64,000 bases of DNA from Candidatus Micrarchaeota archaeon (GCA_964552755.1 CAZKHX010000001.1:18007-82006); one strand, 5' to 3'. Shown: positions 38,629 through 47,485, counted from the stretch's first letter. Numbers and translations are program-made. The notes: generated by a model not told the origin, from the letters alone.

Positions 38629-38657
38629 ATTGGATATTCGCGTTTCCTTATTTAAAC

Positions 38658-39911
38658 ATGACGTGCCCAATCCATCCCATGGAGCTGATTGCCGACCTGC
38701 ATATACACTCCAAATATTCGCGCGCCACCAGCCCGCAGTGCGATCTTGAAGGGCTTTCGGAATGGGCCCGCATAAAGGGCATAGGCCTTCTGGGCACAGG
38801 AGATTTCACGCACCCGAAGTGGAGGAAGGAGCTGAAGCAGAAGCTCAAGCCCGCGGAAGACGGCCTTTTCATGCACAATGAAATAAAGTATGTGCTGCAG
38901 GCAGAGGTGAGCAACATCTTCCGCAGGGGCGAGAAGCTCAAGAAGCTGCATACAATCCTCTATTCGCCTTCTTTTGAGGTTGCGGAGCAGGTTTCTGATG
39001 CGATTGGGAAACACGGCAATCTTGCGGAGGATGGCAGGCCCATCCTCACAATGGATGTCATGGAGATGCTGGATACGTTTTTTTCGCTTTCCGATGAGCT
39101 TGTGGTTGTGCCTGCGCACGCCTGGACCCCCTGGTTCGGCATATTTGGCTCGAAATCGGGCTTTGATTCGCTGAAAGAAGCGCTGGGAAAGCATGCGAAG
39201 CGCATATTTGCAATTGAAACAGGCCTGAGCAGCGACCCGGGGATGAACTGGATGCTCAGCGGATTGGATGGCGTCTCCCTCATTTCCAACAGCGACGCGC
39301 ACTCGCCGCCGAAGCTCGGGAGGGAGGCAAACGTTTTCTCGCTCCCGGAGCTTTCCTACAAAGCATTGATGGATGCGATAAGGACGCACAAGGGATTCGT
39401 GAAAACATACGAATTCTATCCAGAGGAGGGAAAATACCATTGGGACGGGCACAGGAACTGCGGGATATTCATGTCCCCCCGGGAGGCAATGAAGCACAGG
39501 GACATATGCCCGAAATGCAGGAAGCCGCTTACAGTGGGGGTACTGCACCGCGTGGTGGCGCTTGCCGACCGCAGGGAAGGGGAGAAGCCCGAAGGCGCGG
39601 TTCCGTACACCAGCCTGGTTCCGCTCGCCACAGTGATTTCCGCGGTGCGGGGCAGGGGCGAGCAGACAAAAGGCGTTAAAGACGAGTATTTCAAGCTCGT
39701 GAACTACTTTGGCACAGAGTTTGCGGCGCTGGAGGCGCCGGAGAGCGAGCTCGCGCTGGCCTCCGATGCGGAATTGGCGCGCGGGGTCGTTGCCGCAAGG
39801 GAGGGGAAGGTGCACTGGAGGCCGGGCTACGATGGGGTTTTCGGGGAGCTTTCCTTTTCCGCGCAGGTGCCCCAGCAGGACAAATCCCAGACGGCGCTTA
39901 CCGATTTTTAA
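38658..39911 (+). CDS. PHP-domain protein, endonuclease Q (EndoQ)-like
   Basis: N-terminal 'ELIADLHIHSKYSRATS' PHP metal-binding motif, C-terminal Zn-finger 'CPKCRKPL', ~420 aa. TATA-like 'CTTATTTAAAC' lies immediately upstream (leaderless?). Confidence 0.5.
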   Translation: MTCPIHPMELIADLHIHSKYSRATSPQCDLEGLSEWARIKGIGLLGTGDFTHPKWRKELKQKLKPAEDGLFMHNEIKYVLQAEVSNIFRRGEKLKKLHTILYSPSFEVAEQVSDAIGKHGNLAEDGRPILTMDVMEMLDTFFSLSDELVVVPAHAWTPWFGIFGSKSGFDSLKEALGKHAKRIFAIETGLSSDPGMNWMLSGLDGVSLISNSDAHSPPKLGREANVFSLPELSYKALMDAIRTHKGFVKTYEFYPEEGKYHWDGHRNCGIFMSPREAMKHRDICPKCRKPLTVGVLHRVVALADRREGEKPEGAVPYTSLVPLATVISAVRGRGEQTKGVKDEYFKLVNYFGTEFAALEAPESELALASDAELARGVVAAREGKVHWRPGYDGVFGELSFSAQVPQQDKSQTALTDF

Positions 39912-39943
39912 AACCACCCATCCAAATCAGAGCAGGTGTGAGC

Positions 39944-40282
39944 ATGATTGAGACCATGAAGGAGCTCAAGTCCGAATTGCGTGGGATAAGGCAGGACATA
40001 CGCAGGTCAGGGATGCGCGCAGACCCGGTGATAGTGGCCAGCTGGCTTGACAGGATGGTCATCTGCATGGAGAAGGCGATGGATTCCGTGGACCTCATGC
40101 AGGAGCGTGTTGACGTAATGAGCGGCCCCGCATTCAGGGCTTCGGGCGCGGCAAGGAAGGCGGGGGCGGGGAAGCCCGCGCGGAGGAAAGCCGCGAAGAA
40201 GCCCGAGAGGAAAAAAACTGCGAAGAAGAAAGCTTCCAGGGCGAAGAAGGCAAAAAGGCCTGCAAGGAAAAGGAAGAGGTAG
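39944..40282 (+). CDS. Small protein with helical N-domain and highly basic K/R/A-rich C-terminal tail
   Basis: '...KAGAGKPARRKAAKKPERKKTAKKKASRAKKAKRPARKRKR' is a histone-H1-like tail. Confidence 0.45.
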   Translation: MIETMKELKSELRGIRQDIRRSGMRADPVIVASWLDRMVICMEKAMDSVDLMQERVDVMSGPAFRASGAARKAGAGKPARRKAAKKPERKKTAKKKASRAKKAKRPARKRKR

Positions 40283-40293
40283 GTGTTTCAACG

Positions 40294-41778
40294 ATGGATT
40301 TGCACGAGCGCATCTACGAGCTTGCGCTGACACGCTCGTTTTTCTTTCCCGGGAATGAGCCGTACGGCCAGGTTTCGGGATTTTATGATTACGGCCCCAC
40401 AGGAGTGCTCATAAAGAAGAAAATAGAGGACCTCTGGAGGAGGAAGTTCCTCAGGAATGAAGGATTCCATGAGGTGGAAACCGCACTCATCACGCCCGAG
40501 CCGGTGCTGGTCGCTTCGGGCCACGTAAAGAGCTTCGGCGACCCGGTGGCCGAGTGCATGGGGTGCAAATCCAAAGTGCGCGCGGACTTGCTTTACGAGG
40601 AATACGCAAAGAAGAGGTGGGACGGCAAGATGGAGACCCTTGCAAAGGAATTTGCGAAGGGAGGGATAACCTGCCCGGCCTGCGGGGGGAAATTCGAAGA
40701 GCCCTACATGTTCAACCTTATGTTCAAAACGGGCATCGGCGGCTCGCTGGCGCCAGCTTATTCGCGGCCCGAGACCGCGCAGGGGATATTCACCGCATTC
40801 CCGCGGATATTCCGCAACCACGGGATGAAGCTCCCGCTTGCCGTCGGGCAGGTGGGGAGGAGCTTCAGGAACGAGATTTCGCCCAGGAAGGGGCTTGTGC
40901 GCATGAGGGAATTCACCCAGCTCGAGCTGGAGTATTTCTTCGACCCGGAGGACAGGAGCTTCCCGAAGTTCAAGGAGGTGGAAAAGGAGAAGGTCAGGAT
41001 ACTGCCGCCCGGGGAAAATGGGCCTGTGGAGGCGACGCTCAGGGAAATCGTGAAGAAGAAATGGGCAACTGATGAAATAATGGCCTACTTCCTGCTCAAG
41101 CAGTGGGATTTCTACCGCTCGCTGAACATCCCGGAAGAGAAAATGTGGTTCAGGGTCCTTGAGCAGGGCGAGGTGCCGCATTATTCAATGGGGAACGTGG
41201 ACATGGAAGTGGACACTTCCTACGGGGTGATTGAAACCACGGGCAATGCATACCGCACGGATTTCGACCTTTCCGCGCATGCGAAAGAAAGCGGCAAGGA
41301 CATGGGCGTGCACGTGGAGGGCAAGAAAGGAAAGATAATCCCGCACGTGTTCGAGCTTTCGATGGGCGTGGACCGGCTTTTCTTCGTGCTGCTTGAGAGC
41401 TGCTACCGGCCGAAAAATGAGGAGAAGGACTGGGAATGGTTTGACTTCCCTCCTGCGATTGCGCCCTATGACGCCTGCGTGTTTCCCCTGATGAAAAAGG
41501 ACGGGCTTGCGGAGAAGGCGCAGGAGGTTGCGGGGATGCTCAGGGATGCGGGGCTCGACGTGTTCTACTATGCTTCCGGAAGCATCGGCAAGAGGTATGC
41601 CCGCGCGGACGAAATAGGCGTCCCTTACGCCATTACCATAGATTATGACACGCTGGAAGGGGATACTGTAACCGTGCGCTTCAGGAACGACGGGAAGCAG
41701 GAGCGCCTCAAGATACAGGAGCTTGCGGCGAAAATAAGGGAATTCAAAAAAGAAGGGAAAGTTTCCCTCGGTGATTAG
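40294..41778 (+). CDS. glyS: Glycyl-tRNA synthetase (class II, archaeal/eukaryotic type)
   Basis: 'FFFPGNEPYGQVSGFYDYGPTGV', 'RNEISPRKGLVRMREFTQLELEYF', and anticodon-binding C-domain. Confidence 0.9.
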   Translation: MDLHERIYELALTRSFFFPGNEPYGQVSGFYDYGPTGVLIKKKIEDLWRRKFLRNEGFHEVETALITPEPVLVASGHVKSFGDPVAECMGCKSKVRADLLYEEYAKKRWDGKMETLAKEFAKGGITCPACGGKFEEPYMFNLMFKTGIGGSLAPAYSRPETAQGIFTAFPRIFRNHGMKLPLAVGQVGRSFRNEISPRKGLVRMREFTQLELEYFFDPEDRSFPKFKEVEKEKVRILPPGENGPVEATLREIVKKKWATDEIMAYFLLKQWDFYRSLNIPEEKMWFRVLEQGEVPHYSMGNVDMEVDTSYGVIETTGNAYRTDFDLSAHAKESGKDMGVHVEGKKGKIIPHVFELSMGVDRLFFVLLESCYRPKNEEKDWEWFDFPPAIAPYDACVFPLMKKDGLAEKAQEVAGMLRDAGLDVFYYASGSIGKRYARADEIGVPYAITIDYDTLEGDTVTVRFRNDGKQERLKIQELAAKIREFKKEGKVSLGD

Positions 41779-42058
41779 ATGACTATGATAGTAGCGCCAG
41801 AAGACCTCGTCCTGAAAGTTGCCGCGGGAATGATGTCGCAGGATGATGCGCTCCTTGTCCTAAAGCGCCTGGAAAAAGGCGAGGAAGGGACTCCCGAGGC
41901 TGTGGAGCGGTTCAGGGAAATCAGGAAGGACATAATCTCGGCGAATGTGCTCCGCTGCACAAGGGAAGGGAATTGCAGCATCTTCGTAAAAAGAACAAGG
42001 AGGGATGCTGCCGGGCAGCCCCCAGCGCGCGGCAGCAAAATGAAGAATCGAACCGGAG

Positions 42059-42457
42059 CTACCTCCTGATTCCGAGGGCCTCTTTCGTTTTTTCAACCTG
42101 CGCGCCCGCAGGCTTTACCGCAACTTCGGTGTGCTCATTGCTCCTGCTCACAATGTACAAGCTCTGCAGGTCTACGCCCCTGTTCGCAAGCTTTCGCGTG
42201 AGCTTGCCGAGCTCGCCCGGCCTGTTCGGGAGCTTCACCACGACCACTTCGGAGAGGGACACACCGCTTACGCCCGGGACCTTCTCCACGAGCTTCTTTG
42301 CGCTGTTGGGGTCCCCGGTAAGCACCCGGAATACCGCATTGCCGCCCTGCTCGTACGCGGAAATCGCCTCTATGTTCACCCCTGCCCCCCCGAGGGCTTC
42401 CGCAATCGCCGCGAGGGCGCCTACCCTGTTGTCCGTAATAATGGTCACTTCATCCAT
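42059..42457 (-). CDS. Tandem ACT-domain protein
   Basis: Two repeats of ACT-like 'VxxxNRxGxLxxIxxxLxxxGVNI'. Confidence 0.55.
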   Translation of the reverse strand: MDEVTIITDNRVGALAAIAEALGGAGVNIEAISAYEQGGNAVFRVLTGDPNSAKKLVEKVPGVSGVSLSEVVVVKLPNRPGELGKLTRKLANRGVDLQSLYIVSRSNEHTEVAVKPAGAQVEKTKEALGIRR

Positions 42458-42566
42458 GCCTGCCACCAAGTAGGTTTTCCAGCGAGAGTTTTTAACCCTA
42501 CTGAAAACCTTAAAAACCCTTGAACACACAATTATAACTTAGACCACTAGCAGGGGCTGGGATGAC

Positions 42567-43565
42567 ATGAAAGGCGACAAAATGATGTTCTGCAAAGCGG
42601 CACTCAGCGGCGGCATCAGGGACGGCCGCATGCCGCTCTATGCAATTTCAAAGTTCATACGCCATTTCCGGGGCTCTCCGGACGCTTCGGAAATTGCGCG
42701 CATAACAGCGGGCAGGCTCGCGGACCTCAGGCAGTACCGGCTTTCCGCAGTTTTTTACATGCACGGCGGGGACAATGCCGCTGCCGCGGCGCAGCTCCGC
42801 ACCGGAGGGATGTATTACCCGGCCGTTTACAACCTCTTGCTTGCAGGGAAGGAAGGCGAAGCGTTCCGGCTCGCGGAAAGGATTGCCGGGCAGGGGAACA
42901 GCCGCGTCCAGGGCTTCTTCGACACGATGTCTTCGCGGGCGCATGAGGCGGATATGCTGCTCTCAGACGGAAAGTATGCGGATGCAGTGCCTTCACTGCT
43001 TTCTTTCATGCTCATGCGCGAGGCAACCGGGTGCGCGGAGATGCTGGAACAGGGCAGGCCATACCAGGCATTGGACACATATCTCATGACAGGCATGCTG
43101 AGCGCGGCATTTGAGGTTTTCTTCAGTACCATGGGTACCGCGCTCAGGACAAAGGGCGCAGCTGACCCGCGCGCGCAGGCGCTTGAGCTCATGGGATTTT
43201 CAGCACAGAGCCTTTCTGACAGCTGCCTCAGGCGCGAACTGCACTTTGAAAGCGCCACCTTCAATATACTCGGCCTTGATTTCCTTACGCTGCTTGGGGA
43301 AGCGGTTGAAGTGATGCCCGACATGGGCCTCAGGAACCCTCTTGCCGCGGGCCGTATGGCCCTGGAAAAAGGGAATGCGGAGCTTGCGCTCGAGCTGGGG
43401 AAGAAAATGGAAGAGATGGGGCTTCACCTGTCTGCGGCCGAAATATACGGCGAAATGGGGCAGCTGCCGCTGCAGGCGGCGAACCTTGCGCTTGCAGGGG
43501 AGTTTGAGCGCGCAAATGAGCACCGGCTTAGCATGGAGCGGAAAGCAACCGCAAGGGAAGCGTAA
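42567..43565 (+). CDS. Hypothetical alpha-helical (TPR/HEAT-like) protein
   Basis: Long ORF with helical-repeat composition. No catalytic motif. Confidence 0.4.
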   Translation: MKGDKMMFCKAALSGGIRDGRMPLYAISKFIRHFRGSPDASEIARITAGRLADLRQYRLSAVFYMHGGDNAAAAAQLRTGGMYYPAVYNLLLAGKEGEAFRLAERIAGQGNSRVQGFFDTMSSRAHEADMLLSDGKYADAVPSLLSFMLMREATGCAEMLEQGRPYQALDTYLMTGMLSAAFEVFFSTMGTALRTKGAADPRAQALELMGFSAQSLSDSCLRRELHFESATFNILGLDFLTLLGEAVEVMPDMGLRNPLAAGRMALEKGNAELALELGKKMEEMGLHLSAAEIYGEMGQLPLQAANLALAGEFERANEHRLSMERKATAREA

Positions 43566-43680
43566 ACATTTTTCAAAAATTTATTTGCGGATTTTTTTGC
43601 GCAAAAGAACGGAATTCATTTGTTTTTGGGTTTTTTTGCGCGTTTTTTTGCAAAAAACAGCGAAAGGTTTATTTAATTAA
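43566..43680. repeat. T-rich repeat block with three copies of 'TTTTTTTGCGC'
   Basis: 'GGATTTTTTTGCGCAAAAG', 'GGGTTTTTTTGCGCGTTTTTTTGCAAAAAAC'. Candidate oligo-T terminators or regulatory repeats. Confidence 0.4.
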
Positions 43681-43706
43681 TTGCAATTAGTTCCCCAGTG
43701 ATTGAG

Positions 43707-43802
43707 ATGGCAGCAAAAAAGAAGAAAGCCACAAAAAAGAAAGCAACAAAGAAAAAGACCAAGAAGAAAACGACCAAGAAAAAAGCAAAGAAGAAGAGAT
43801 AG
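43707..43802 (+). CDS. Lysine-rich micro-protein (31 aa), paralog 1
   Basis: 'MAAKKKKATKKKATKKKTKKKTTKKKAKKKR'. Preceded by promoter-like 'GAAAGGTTTATTTAATTAATT'. Not in the ORF track (<60 aa). Confidence 0.45.
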   Translation: MAAKKKKATKKKATKKKTKKKTTKKKAKKKR

Positions 43803-43924
43803 GTCTTTCTAAGGTCGTGTATTCGGTCTTTCTTTGTCTAATTTTGTTTTTTCACCGCCCCAGAATTTTTGCCGCAGCGGAAAGGTTTAATTAGATTTCT
43901 GCATTATCTGCGCAGGTGTTTTGC

Positions 43925-44035
43925 ATGGCAGCAAAGAAAAAAAAGGCAACAAAGAAGAAAACAACAAAGAAGACTGCAAAAAAGAAATCCGCAAAAAACA
44001 AGTCCATGAAAAAGAAGGGCTGCAGCTGTTGCTGA
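43925..44035 (+). CDS. Lysine-rich micro-protein (36 aa) with C-terminal GCSCC, paralog 2
   Basis: 'MAAKKKKATKKKTTKKTAKKKSAKNKSMKKKGCSCC'. Preceded by the same 'GAAAGGTTTAATTAGATTT' element. Confidence 0.45.
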   Translation: MAAKKKKATKKKTTKKTAKKKSAKNKSMKKKGCSCC

Positions 44036-44131
44036 TTTCCCCCTAATTCTTCCTGATTTTTTCCGGGTCGGAGCAAGCATTCAAAGTTGCTGTGCGCAAT
44101 CCAGCTGGCAATTGCATTGGCGGATGCAAAG

Positions 44132-44215
44132 CGCCGGGGGTGGGATTTGAACCCACGAATCCTTGCGGAAAACAGGTTAGCAACCTGCCGCCCTGCCGGA
44201 CTAGGCGACCCCAGC
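44132..44215 (-). tRNA. tRNA-Ser(GCT)
   Basis: Reverse complement folds as acceptor GCUGGGG/CCCCGGC, anticodon stem CAGG/CCUG with loop UUGCUAA, long variable arm 'UUUUCCGCAAGGAUUC', T-arm GUGGG-UUCAAAU-CCCAC. Confidence 0.8.
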
Positions 44216-44293
44216 AAAAGTATACCCTTAGTTCAGTGTAGTTATTAAAAACCATTCCAGCCGCGCGCAGGGGAAGCGTTATAAATTTTATAT

Positions 44294-44608
44294 TTGTATA
44301 GTTGGGCAGGCGATCAGTTGGGAACGGCAGTGCGGCAGTACTATAGTATCGAGATGTGCAGGTTGCGTATGCTACAGCGCAGGAAGAATGGCCGCAAGCC
44401 CTTTTTGTCCGAAGAAAAGCTTTCCAAGATGCAAAAGCGCCTCCTTAGCGCCTTTGCCGAAGAGGCGGATCCGGAAAGGAAGCAGCGCCTTCATTCCCAG
44501 CTTAGTTACGTGCTTTCGGAGCTCTACAACCTTAGGGAAGGCCGCGATCCGCTGGTGGACCCTGTGACAGAAAAGCAGATGAATTTTTCAGGGTACTTCA
44601 TGGAATAG
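44294..44608 (+). CDS. Hypothetical small protein
   Basis: ORF 'MQKRLLSAFAEEADPERKQRLHSQLSYVLSELYNLREGRDPL...' has plausible codon usage. No domain recognised. Confidence 0.3.
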   Translation: MYSWAGDQLGTAVRQYYSIEMCRLRMLQRRKNGRKPFLSEEKLSKMQKRLLSAFAEEADPERKQRLHSQLSYVLSELYNLREGRDPLVDPVTEKQMNFSGYFME

Positions 44609-44842
44609 CGGATTTTTGTCCATGGGGAACAATATGTAAAAGTAAATATGGACTCATGGGGATTCAGTTGCGCCCTGCGCTCCAATCCAACGGCAGAGCC
44701 GTTGGTCACACCCCCGTAGAAAAATTCGACGATTAGGCCTCATGGTTTTGAGATGCCTGCTTCGCCACCGCAGTGGCGAGTTGGAGTGAGTGAAACGAAC
44801 GACTGATTGCCCGCAGAACGCCGTAGGACAAAAGCGGGTAGT

Positions 44843-44914
44843 TGGACTCAGGGGGATTCGCACCCCCGGCCTCTCGCGTGCGAGGCGAGCGCTCTACTGC
44901 TGAGCTATGAGCCC
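44843..44914 (-). tRNA. tRNA-Ala(CGC)
   Basis: Acceptor GGGCUCA/UGAGUCC with the G3:U70 Ala identity pair, anticodon stem CUCGC/GCGAG with loop CUCGCAC, T-arm GGGGG-UGCGAAU-CCCCC. Confidence 0.85.
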
Positions 44915-45116
44915 GAAAGCCCGATGAATGGGCGTGAGCGGCATCAGTGCAAAACCACGAGCGGGATGACTCCCTTCGCCAGCTCTTCCTTGGCCACGGA
45001 GAGGAAATCCATCCCCTCATCCGGCTTTATGAGCGGCGGGGCGCCAAGCGAAAGCTGGAGCGACCTTGCGCCGATTATCCTGGCGAGCTCGAAGTTGTTC
45101 AGTTCTTCCATAACAA

Positions 45117-45782
45117 TCAACCCTTCGGAAACGGCTTCCGAGGCTTAGAAGTCTTGCCCATAACTTTTTTTAACTCTTTCAATTCCTCAAGAATCTCCTT
45201 CAGGTAGTTTATTTCGTCTTCCGATGCCGCCTTTTTCGGCTCAATGGCCCCCATCTCTTCCCGCTTTATCTCCCTCTTCTTCCTCTCCACTATCTCCATT
45301 GCCTTCTGGACGAAGTCCTGCGGGTCGGCCACCCCCTCTATTACGCCTTCGGCCTTGGGGTTCCCTCCGGCGGTCTCGATTTTCACAGTCGCTATCCCGA
45401 GCACCCTCTCAAGCACGCTCCTCATTACGTAGAGGTTCTGTATCTTCGTGTACGGGATGATCACCCTCTCCCTGTTGAACACTCCCTTGCTTATCCTTAT
45501 CCTCTTCTTGCCGAATTCGTAGGTATAATTCTGGTAGTTGAGCTCGACCCAGACTATATGGGGGAGCACTATCACGAGGGTAATGGAGAAGAACAGCAGT
45601 GGGAAGAACCCGCGGTCTATCCCGATGAGGGAGGTGAACAGCGCACCGGCGACCATTGTTGCCACTACCCAGAACAGAAGCCCGGCCCCGAGGATGTGCA
45701 GGGACCATGCTATCCTTACCCGAGGGTCCGGGTGGTGCACAAGGTGCTCCCCTGCCTCATCCACTTCGAGCTTGTCCACCAT
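45117..45782 (-). CDS. Membrane protein with bacterial PH-like (bPH_2/YdbS-YdbT) domain
   Basis: Two TM helices followed by 'RERVIIPYTKIQNLYVMRSVLERVLGIATVKIETAGG'. The start abuts the tRNA-Trp gene and may use an alternative start codon. Confidence 0.55.
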   Translation of the reverse strand: MVDKLEVDEAGEHLVHHPDPRVRIAWSLHILGAGLLFWVVATMVAGALFTSLIGIDRGFFPLLFFSITLVIVLPHIVWVELNYQNYTYEFGKKRIRISKGVFNRERVIIPYTKIQNLYVMRSVLERVLGIATVKIETAGGNPKAEGVIEGVADPQDFVQKAMEIVERKKREIKREEMGAIEPKKAASEDEINYLKEILEELKELKKVMGKTSKPRKPFPKG

Positions 45783-45783
45783 A

Positions 45784-45889
45784 TGGGGCTGTAGGGATTT
45801 GAACCCTAACATGCAGGTTTCTTGAGAGAACTCCGCCGAAGCGGATCTCGCCTGGAGCCTGCCGCGCTACCTGGTTACGCCACAGCCCC
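45784..45889 (-). tRNA. tRNA-Trp(CCA) with ~33-nt intron
   Basis: Acceptor GGGGCUG/CAGCCCC, D-stem GCGU/GCGC, anticodon stem GCAGG...CCUGC, loop 'CUCCAG^intron^A', T-arm UAGGG-UUCAAAU-CCCUA. The intron is a hairpin 'GGAGAUCCGC-UUCG-GCGGAGUUCUC' with no obvious box C/D. Confidence 0.75.
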
Positions 45890-46025
45890 TGCCCTTCCAT
45901 ATAGTTGTTATTAGGGCTTAAAAACCATTTGTTTGTGGGCGTTGATTAACTTTTGTTCAAAATAATCTCTGAATAGAAAACTCATTTATTTAAACATATA
46001 CTTAGATATCACCTGCGGTGGGCCA

Positions 46026-46139
46026 ATGTCTCCTCAGGAAAAGATAAAAAACGGGATTTGCCCGGTGTGTGACAATTCGCTTGTTTTCCAGGAAGGCTGC
46101 AAACTCTGCTACGGTTGCGGCTGGGAAGCATGCAGCTGA
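46026..46139 (+). CDS. Small zinc-ribbon protein (37 aa)
   Basis: 'MSPQEKIKNGICPVCDNSLVFQEGCKLCYGCGWEACS' has two CxxC pairs. It overlaps convergently the 3' end of the DHH gene. Not in the ORF track. Confidence 0.3.
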   Translation: MSPQEKIKNGICPVCDNSLVFQEGCKLCYGCGWEACS

Positions 46140-47485
46140 GAGAGAATATCCACTATCTCATCCACTATCTCCTTAGTGAACTCCCTCCTTACCCTCAGCG
46201 AAGCGGCCCTGCCGTGGCCTCCGCCCCCGAGGACGAGCTCGCCCATCCTTTTCTTCAAGTCCTCTATCACCATGTTGGCGTTTGCGCCCATTTCTGCCGC
46301 GCCGGCCGAGATTCGGATGGACATGCCGCCCTGCCATGCCCCGATTACCACTACCGGGTCTTCTGAAGCCACCAGGTCGAAGGCGCGGGTGGTGAGTTTC
46401 CCCCTCCCGGGGAATTCCTTCTGCCCCAGACCTTCCAAGTCTACGGTGTAAATGGCCGGCTTTCCACCGGAGCGCTTCTTCATCCTCTTTTTCAGCTCAT
46501 GCCTCACGTTTTCCAGCTTTTCCTTTGCCTGCACGAGGATGGAGGCGTAGGTTTCATTGTTTTCCAGCGCGTTGCGGTAGGATTCCAGGCTGTTGCCGAA
46601 TTCGGGGTGAGTGGCCATGAAGTCAATCGCAAGGGCCGTGTCCCGGTCTTCCCCCGTTACTTCCATTATTTCGCTTCTGTCGCCTGCGCAGGAAACTGCC
46701 GCGAGGGGCTCGAGCCCGGAGGAGCCGCAGGCGCGCGCCGCCTCCAGCGCAAGGTAGCCTGCAGGGTAGGTTGAGGCGCTTTCCTCTTTCCTTACTGCCC
46801 ACGGGGAAAGGAACACCGAACAGTATTCCTCTACTCTTTCGCAGGGCGGATGATGGTCGATGAGCAGCACTTCCGCGCCCCCTGCCTTCAGGAGGCGGAG
46901 CCCTTCCTCGCTTTCCTCCCCGGAGCCGATATCCACAAGTATCGCAAGGGGTTTCTTCTCGTGCCTTAGCACGCCCATGTCCTGCATTGCGTCATGGATG
47001 CGGTAGATTGCGGAATTCTGCTGGAAAGAGCGGGTTTTGAGCACGGAATCTATGGAAATTGCGCCAACTATGCCGTCCGCGTCGCTGTGGAAGCGGAGCA
47101 GGCAGAACCTGCCGGTCTTTTTGGCAGCAAGCAGCTTCCGGGCGGCCAGTTCTATGCGCGGCGCCAGCTCCTCCATAAGGCCGTCCGCAATGGGCTCCCG
47201 CACCTCCACCTGCGCATTTTCCTCCGCCCTCCCGAGGATCCCTTCGTAGGCGCCTTCCCGCTCCTGCACGAACTCGGGCTTCAGCTTCAGCGCCCCATCC
47301 TCTTCAATTACCGTGCCTTTTACGAACAGCTCCGTGCCCGGGCGGTAATTTTCCTCGGAGGATAACGCAATTTCACCTATGCCGTCCGTAATTGTGTGTT
47401 CGAAGCCGGTGCGGCCCTTCCTCTGGCCGGAGACCACGCATTCCTCGGCTATCTCCTGCCCTTCGGCAAGGTTCTTGAGGGGCAT
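46109..47485 (-). CDS. DHH-family phosphoesterase (RecJ/GAN-like)
   Basis: DHH motif I 'LLRFHSDADGIVGA', motif III 'LLIDHHPP', and Gly-rich DHHA1-like C-terminus 'GGGGHGRAAS'. Confidence 0.6.
   Translation of the reverse strand: MPLKNLAEGQEIAEECVVSGQRKGRTGFEHTITDGIGEIALSSEENYRPGTELFVKGTVIEEDGALKLKPEFVQEREGAYEGILGRAEENAQVEVREPIADGLMEELAPRIELAARKLLAAKKTGRFCLLRFHSDADGIVGAISIDSVLKTRSFQQNSAIYRIHDAMQDMGVLRHEKKPLAILVDIGSGEESEEGLRLLKAGGAEVLLIDHHPPCERVEEYCSVFLSPWAVRKEESASTYPAGYLALEAARACGSSGLEPLAAVSCAGDRSEIMEVTGEDRDTALAIDFMATHPEFGNSLESYRNALENNETYASILVQAKEKLENVRHELKKRMKKRSGGKPAIYTVDLEGLGQKEFPGRGKLTTRAFDLVASEDPVVVIGAWQGGMSIRISAGAAEMGANANMVIEDLKKRMGELVLGGGGHGRAASLRVRREFTKEIVDEIVDILSQLHASQPQP

Noticed and set aside
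38652-39917. 421-aa minus-strand ORF overlapping the EndoQ-like gene
   Set aside because: Antisense artefact. The sense frame carries PHP and Zn-finger motifs.
40288-41181. 297-aa minus-strand ORF inside glyS
   Set aside because: Antisense to GlyRS, which has unambiguous class-II motifs.
41779-42069. 96-aa ORF immediately after the glyS stop
   Set aside because: It could be a coupled small gene (ATG overlaps the glyS TAG), but it has no recognisable features and the ACT-domain gene overlaps convergently. Left uncalled for lack of support.
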